A stretch of 5,061 nucleotides of DNA from NCBI GenBank assembly GCA_051294375.1, contig JBJCIZ010001262.1, positions 1-5,061 of the forward strand, in the 5' to 3' direction. This document shows positions 1 to 5,061 of the stretch, piece after piece. The position numbers and the translations under genes were made by a program. The notes beneath the pieces were generated by a model. The model did no database searches, was not told the DNA's origin, and saw only the letters and a program-made list of their open reading frames with translations. This DNA is from Paraspadella gotoi (lineage: Eukaryota; Animalia; Chaetognatha). The first letter of the stretch is position 1; each line of letters opens with the position of its first letter.

Positions 1-84
1 AATTTCTTCCCGCAGAAAACCTGTCCGACCTGAGAGGAAAACAAAATTCAGCTGACGCTTTGCCATTAGCATTAAAAGAATGCC

Positions 85-590
85 CGGTTCTTTTTGTTTT
101 TAACTTTGTTTAACCTCTAGTATATGTTCTCATCTATTAAAACCTATAAAATAAGTCCAACAAACCGCAGTTTTAGTTCAAATAAAACGCTCCCGTCACA
201 AAATCCTCACAAATTTAAAAGTTGATTTAAAAATTTAATTGCTGCCCAAAAACATTAAACTTTTTTTGCCCCTAATGTTTATAGGTACCAGAAGCACCGT
301 GTTGAAAGGGCGACATATTATGGATTAGATTTTGTGGACATTTTGAAGTTATTTTCGCTCCGTTTAACCACAAGTTGTGAAAAAATGTAAATAATTGTAA
401 CATTTTTGGAACTAGTCAATTGTAAAATTGAATTCATAGGTAAACAATGGATGACTAACGTGCAACAAACATTCTCGCAACCAACCTCAGACGGTAAAGC
501 TAAGATGCAGAAGAACCGATAACCGGCACAGTAAAAAAATTTTCTTCAATGATCTTGACGTTCAAATCTCCAAGACATAAAAGTCAAAAT
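85..590 (-). mobile_element. Possible degenerate non-LTR retrotransposon (LINE) ORF2 fragment, C-terminal part of an APE/EEP endonuclease domain
   Basis: Manual minus-strand translation. 580..554 reads LCLGDLNVK (GDxN motif). 441..415 reads TYEFNFTID followed by TAG-TT, which becomes TIDLV if one base is restored. 332..314 reads AAA TCT AAT C CAT AAT ATG, i.e. KS(N)HNM after removing one base (SDH-like). Order and spacing (~50 and ~27 codons) match the known GDFN...(T/L)D(L/Y)...SDH layout of LINE endonucleases. A basic stretch VKNKKN follows at 104..87. There is no continuous ORF; frameshifts and stops must be assumed and the boundaries are approximate. Confidence 0.35.
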
Positions 591-1124
591 GGGGACAAAA
601 ATGCGACCATAATTTTCTTTTTATTAAAAGTAGCCAAAAATCTATACCAATTCTTTTGATTATCGCAAGAATGCAATAGCAGATGATTTTAATTAAATCC
701 CGTGTAGCCTTTAGTCCACGCTCCCACTTTGTCTTAGCGGCTTAAATTCAAATCAAATTCTGCCTCTCCTGATAATATTCTAGCATATATTTACTGCAAA
801 ATAGTGCGCTTTTTTTGCTCGAATTCCTCCGATAGAAATCACTGCGCCCCATATCACAAACAATCGTCGTTTAAATACCAAAAAATTTGGACCGGCAATC
901 CGCCCCGTTAAAATTTATAAGCATTAGGCTTTTAGCTTTTATTTTTTATTTTAATGGTTTTAGTTCTAGTTTATTGTCCGCATATGTGTTTCGTGCGGGC
1001 GTTAAACAGCGAGGAAAAAGCGACGCATAAAAAGAAGCGATTCATTGGACCGAAGCACGCAGATGTTCATTTTGAGCAAGAAATTTACCGAACCCGTCCA
1101 GACCCATGGATGACAGAAGCGATC

Positions 1125-1815
1125 AGACAGAGAAAGGGCAAACACACTGGACTCAAGAAGGAAGAAGGAAAGGAACAAGAGAAGAGAGAGGGAAGGACAG
1201 GAGCGGAGAACAGAGAAGGAGGAAGGAAAGGAAAAGGAAGGAAAAGAACCGGAGAGAAGAGACAGGGAAGTAGAATAGAAGAGCAAAAGAGAAGAGGAAA
1301 GAAAACAAAAGAAGGAAAAGAGATAAAGAAAAAGACGAACAAGAGAAGAGAAAGAAAAAGAGAAAGGCAAAGGAAATCCAAAAAAGAGAAAAGAGACGAG
1401 AAAGAGAGAAACAAGAAGAGGAACAGGAAAGAGAGAAAGGAAGCACAAGGGAGGAAGCCGAAAAGGAGAGGAAGGAAGAAAGATACAGGAAGGAAAAGCA
1501 AGGAACAGGACAGGGAAGGCAAGAAAAGGACATGAAGGAAGGAACTAAAGCAAGGAAGGAAGGAAGAAGCATGAGAAGGAAGGAAAGGAAGGAAGGAAGG
1601 AAAGCGAAAGCAAGTAATTGAAGAAAAGGAAAAAAGAAGAAAAAAGGAGGACGAAAGGACAAAAGATAGAAGGATGGAATGAAGGCCGCAAAAAATAGGA
1701 AAGAAAACAGCAGAAAGCAGGATAGGGGCAAAAGCAACAGTTTGAAAACAATGCAGGCATGTGAAAAATAAAAAGAGAGAATAAGGATTGAAAAGAATAA
1801 AAAAAAATAAACAAA
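1125..1815 (+). repeat. Long polypurine low-complexity tract (degenerate GA/GAA/GGAA/GAAA compound microsatellite)
   Basis: The plus strand is almost entirely A/G, with scattered C and very few T, for ~700 bp (e.g. gagaaagagagaaacaagaagaggaacaggaaagagagaaagg). It grades into A-rich runs after ~1760. Confidence 0.9.
1535..1604 (+). repeat. Interrupted (GGAA)n tetranucleotide microsatellite within the purine tract
   Basis: gaaggaaggaa...aaggaaggaaggaagaag...gaaggaaggaaaggaaggaaggaaggaaag read directly from the sequence. Confidence 0.8.
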
Positions 1816-2229
1816 AGATGAATTTATTTGTTTCAATATGAAGGACTTACACTGAAGGAAAAATAACTATTTTAAAAATAAAAACAGAAAAATGTATTTA
1901 AACATCGAAAAAAACAAGTAAGAAACCGGTGACAGGAATTCTTGACTTTGGCGGTCTAACCACTTTTCGGACCCATCATAAATTTACATCTTTAAAACGT
2001 TATGCTTTTGTTCTCGTCCGACGGCTACCTATAAAAACATTTCTACCTAGATTATTTTTCTTGCTCTAGGCTCACTAATCTAATCCTGATCTTAAATTGA
2101 TTTATCTTTATCTAGTCACTTTCCCAGTTTTATACTACTGCTAAATGAATTCTTTTTATCAAATTAATAGCTTTTAAAAACTCACCAATGTCACTGACTT
2201 TTTAAAAAAGGTCCTCTCTTCTTCTTTTG

Positions 2230-2700
2230 GCCCCGGCAGCTCACTGTCCAGATATCAGTCGCTTCACAAGTTTCACGTGGACGACCATCGCCCGGCGCCA
2301 ATGCCAATTAAACACCCATTTCAGGCCGAAGGAATGAATGGAAGCTAAAATGAAATACAGTAGGGCGTCCACTCTAGGAAACGCGCGCCACTCTCATTGG
2401 CGAGCGGACCCTCTTTAATGGAAGCGGCGTCATTCAGACGGACCAGTGCATCCGTAATTAGGACGGCTACACGTGGGCGACTTTGTTCGAGTCGAACCCG
2501 CCCGCCATTCGAAAAAAGCTAGCCGGCGACCCGATTCCAAAGGACGCCGTTCGAATCACTCGGATTAGCGACGGCGTCAACGCGAATTGACCCGAAGGGC
2601 GTGAAAAAGTAAAAATTTTGTCCTAAGCCAGAAACCTTTCGCCACGGACCTTCAGCCTAAGTCTTAGTATGTTCCTATCCGTGATTGGACCAGCGGAGAA
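2230..2700. promoter_or_regulatory. CpG-rich island with eukaryotic promoter-like motifs (function unproven)
   Basis: Visibly higher GC and CpG density than the AT-rich flanks. CCAAT at 2298-2302 and 2304-2308; ATTGG at 2396-2400 and 2684-2688; CACGTG E-boxes at 2274-2279 and 2470-2475 (both CACGTGG); GC-box-like CCCGCCCGCC at 2497-2506. These motifs are short and may be chance, and the island could instead be a transposon fragment. Confidence 0.25.
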
Positions 2701-2834
2701 CTTTGGCAATCAAGGGTTATAACCTGTAACCAACATTAATCGCGAAATTCAACATTAAAAAAAAGAGAATAAGAATATGACGTTGTTTTTTTGTTTTTGT
2801 TGTGGCCGACCTCGTAACGCTAATTTTCCACCCC

Positions 2835-3300
2835 GTCTTTTTACGAAAATCAGAGTGTGTATGCAGATAGGCAGGAGAGGAGAGAGCAGCGGAGGTTAAA
2901 CCTGGCAGTTCTTTAGAAAACAGGCCAGTGCTGTAGACGATTAGGTAGCGAGCAGGCAAGGCGCAGCAGGGCCCGTTAAACCTGGCAGGTTTTTGTTAGA
3001 AAATTCAGGCAGTGTGTTATGCACCGATAGGCAGGGGGAGAGGCAAGGAGCGAGAGCCCTTAACCTGAGGTTCTCTTTTAGAAAATCAGGCAGTGGACCC
3101 CGAGCTAAAAATCAGTGACCAAGTGTGCTAATGCAGATAGCGCAGCGGGAGATGAAAAGGCAGCCAGGGCCTGGCTTAACTGGAGTTCTTTTATTAGAAA
3201 ATCAGGCAGTTGGTGTATGAGATACGTAGGCGAGAGGACAGGAGAGCAGCCGCGTTTAACCTGGGCGCGCCCTTTTTTTTTTAAGAAAATCAGGCCCAGT
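2835..3300. repeat. Minisatellite tandem array, unit ~70-90 bp, about 5 full and 2 partial copies
   Basis: The anchor (G)AAAA(T)CAG recurs at 2845, 2916, 2999, 3081, 3107, 3197 and 3285 (spacings 71, 83, 82, 26, 90, 88). By-eye consensus: TAGAAAATCAGGCAGTGTGTATGCAGATAGGCAGGAGAGG..GAGCAG..CGTTAA(A)CCTGGCAGTTCTTT. Copies differ mostly by short indels. Confidence 0.92.
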
Positions 3301-3504
3301 CGTAGCGGCAATACGATCTTTTCTAATTATCCTCGCTTCACTTTAACAATAGAACTATGGTTTACTAAGCTTATATGACAATCTTCGTATTCTATTTTTT
3401 ATGCGAGTGTGGTTTGTTGCTTTCCCGTTTCGGATCTCGCGTTGTTCTCCTGTTCTTTTTTTTGTGCGTTATAATGTTGCATTCATTGGGAACAGGAACT
3501 CGAC

Positions 3505-3597
3505 CTCTATCATTATTTCCTTCTCCTTTTTCCGATTATGTTCCTTTGTTTTTTTTTTTGTTTTTTTTTCCTTTTCGTCCTCCCTTCTTCTTTTCCC
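3505..3597 (+). repeat. Pyrimidine/T-rich low-complexity tract
   Basis: ttccttctcctttttcc...ttcctttgtttttttttttgtttttttttccttttcgtcctcccttcttcttttccc. Confidence 0.75.
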
Positions 3598-3736
3598 GGC
3601 GAATCGCACCATAGGCGCTGTCAGAAAGGTCGGCCTGTTATCAACAAAACATCTTAGGAGCGGGAAACAAAAACAAAAGAAACACAAAGAAAATTGCGTC
3701 TCCCGCTGTCGAACACTCTGCGCGGAGCGGAGGTCG

Positions 3737-3806
3737 AGAAATGAGATGGAGAAGGAAAGGCGGGGAGGAAGAGGCAAAAGAAAAAAAAGAAAAGAGCAGA
3801 AGAAAA
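3737..3806 (+). repeat. Purine-rich low-complexity tract
   Basis: agaaatgagatggagaaggaaaggcggggaggaagaggcaaaagaaaaaaaagaaaagagcagaagaaaa. Confidence 0.7.
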
Positions 3807-3850
3807 CACACCTTCATCAACCTCATTCGCCTTCTTGTCGCGGTTCTTAA

Positions 3851-4021
3851 ATCTTCTCTTCAACGGCTCGTTTCTCCATCCTCTTCATATTCTTTTTTTC
3901 TATCTCCTCTTTTTTTCTATTGTAATACACTGCTATTTTCTCTGTACCCGTTCTCTTTCTTTTTCTAATATTTCTTACTTTTCTTTTTTAACCTTTTTTC
4001 TTCGTTCTTCATTTTCTTTTC
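3851..4021 (+). repeat. Pyrimidine-rich (T/C) low-complexity tract
   Basis: Runs of ttct, tttc and ttttt dominate the plus strand. Confidence 0.7.
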
Positions 4022-4344
4022 AATTACTTATATCTTAATATTTATTGCTCTACGTAGCTTCTTTCCTACAATCGACAAAGCAATCTATTTTTTTTCCACC
4101 GACTGTTTCATCTCTAGCGTAATTCTCAAAAGCCGCCCTTTGGTAAAATGACAATGAATGCAAGAAAATAACCGAGTGTTGAACTAATTAGTATCCTTTT
4201 TTTTTCTTTATCTAAGTATATTTTTCTTTCTTTTTCGTTGGTTTCAGAATTTGAGATAAGAAAAGTTTTTTTGTTTTGACAACGAATTTTTAATGAAAAA
4301 ATCCCATACATGTTTCAGTCTTAAATTTCAGACCTTCTTCAGTG

Positions 4345-4478
4345 TCTTTATCTTATCTTTCTTGTTTCCTTTTTTCTCTCTTTCTGTCTCTCTCTCTCTC
4401 TTTCCATTTTTTCTTCCCTTCTTTCTTTCTATTCTTCCTTTCTTTCCTTTAATTTTTTTCTTTTTTTATCTTCCTCTT
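4345..4478 (+). repeat. Polypyrimidine tract with (TC)7 at 4387-4400 and degenerate (TTTC/TTCC)n
   Basis: tctctctctctctc at 4387-4400, flanked by tttcttcccttctttctttctattcttccttttctttccttt-type sequence. Confidence 0.8.
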
Positions 4479-4694
4479 TAGTTTCCTCAGTATATTTCTT
4501 TATTCAAAGCAAGAATATACTCAATATAATAGATGGCGTATTTTCATATTTGTCGCGCCTCTTCTCCACCCCTGCTCCCTTCTCTCTCTCCCTTCGTTCA
4601 CCTCTTATTTATTCCTCACTTATTTCCTGTTTTTCCCCTCAATTTATCACCGAGCTTTTTCTCTTCTTTTTTTCTCAATTTTGTTGGTCTCTAA

Positions 4695-4708
4695 CTCTCT
4701 CTCTCTCA

Positions 4709-4755
<47 letters not shown>

Positions 4756-4759
4756 CTCT
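4695..4759 (+). repeat. (CT)n dinucleotide microsatellite with single-base interruptions
   Basis: Perfect (CT)16 at 4719-4750 inside an interrupted CT run from 4695 to 4759, followed by a poly-T run. Confidence 0.95.
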
Positions 4760-5061
4760 TCTTTTTTTTTTCTATTTTACTCATGTCGTGGCGCTGAGTA
4801 AAAATAGTGAATGTCGCGAAAACAAGAACAAAAAAAGAAAAATGGAAAACTCAAGACGAAACATTACTTTTCGAAAAAAATTGTATGTTTAAAATAGTGT
4901 ATCAATTATATGATAAATCCTAAAAATTTGAGTTATTGATTAGAAAAGAACATGATTGATTGATTAAAAAAAATAACATCTCTGTCTTTATTAATTAATT
5001 TACATAAATGTCATTATCTTGTAAGAGTGATGGAAGCCTTAACCATCAAAGCCTGTCCAAA

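Noticed and set aside
760-771. ctgcctctcctg, reverse complement of a caggagaggcag-like part of the array unit
   Set aside because: A short purine-biased match that does not extend on either side, so chance is the likely explanation.
954-1535. 193-aa K/R/E/G-rich plus-strand ORF
   Set aside because: It stays open only because the purine tract lacks the T needed for stop codons. The product is low-complexity with no recognisable domain.
1002-1836. Four overlapping minus-strand F/L/S/P-rich ORFs resembling membrane proteins
   Set aside because: They are translations of the polypyrimidine strand. All three frames are open at once, which marks a compositional artefact.
2440-2580. tRNA gene or tRNA-derived SINE head suggested by GTTCGAGTC and GTTCGAATC
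   Set aside because: No T-arm stem encloses either motif, there is no convincing A-box at the proper distance, and I could not build a cloverleaf.
3260-3282. GC-rich ggcgcgcc palindrome followed by a T-run, resembling an intrinsic terminator
   Set aside because: It is a variant of the array unit (cctggcagttcttt), there is no room for a loop, no upstream gene exists, and the context is not bacterial.
2835-3300. CRISPR array (palindromic ~35-bp repeat plus ~40-50 bp spacers)
   Set aside because: The putative spacers are clearly homologous to one another, the repeats are not identical, no cas gene is visible, and the context looks eukaryotic.
3115-3378. 87-aa plus-strand ORF (and minus ORFs 2717..2959 and 3105..3311) as stand-alone genes
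   Set aside because: They are short chance frames through the tandem array that shift register between units. They are not credible CDSs as given.
3375-4801. Cluster of short ORFs (61-149 aa) on both strands
   Set aside because: All overlap T/C- or A/G-rich low-complexity tracts and give F/L/S- or K/R/E-biased peptides without domain motifs.

Overview
No intact gene is supported in this window. It looks like non-coding eukaryotic (probably animal) genomic DNA, very likely from an error-prone single long read or unpolished assembly, because tandem-repeat copies and microsatellites are disrupted mainly by single-base indels. From left to right: (1) ~85-590, AT-rich DNA whose minus strand has broken motifs (GDLN, TID*/TIDLV, S-N-H) in the order and spacing of an APE/EEP endonuclease of a non-LTR retrotransposon, possibly a degraded LINE ORF2 fragment; (2) ~1125-1815, a ~700-bp polypurine (GA/GGAA/GAAA) tract that produces all the long overlapping K/R/E-rich and F/L/S-rich ORFs, which I treat as spurious; (3) ~2230-2700, a CpG-rich island with CCAAT, E-box and GC-box-like motifs and two GC-rich hairpins; (4) ~2835-3300, a minisatellite of about 5 full and 2 partial copies of a ~70-90 bp unit with a conserved, partly palindromic core; (5) ~3480-4775, alternating pyrimidine and purine tracts ending in a (CT)n microsatellite. 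I find no convincing evidence of a novel biological system. The minisatellite and the LINE-like remnant most deserve follow-up.
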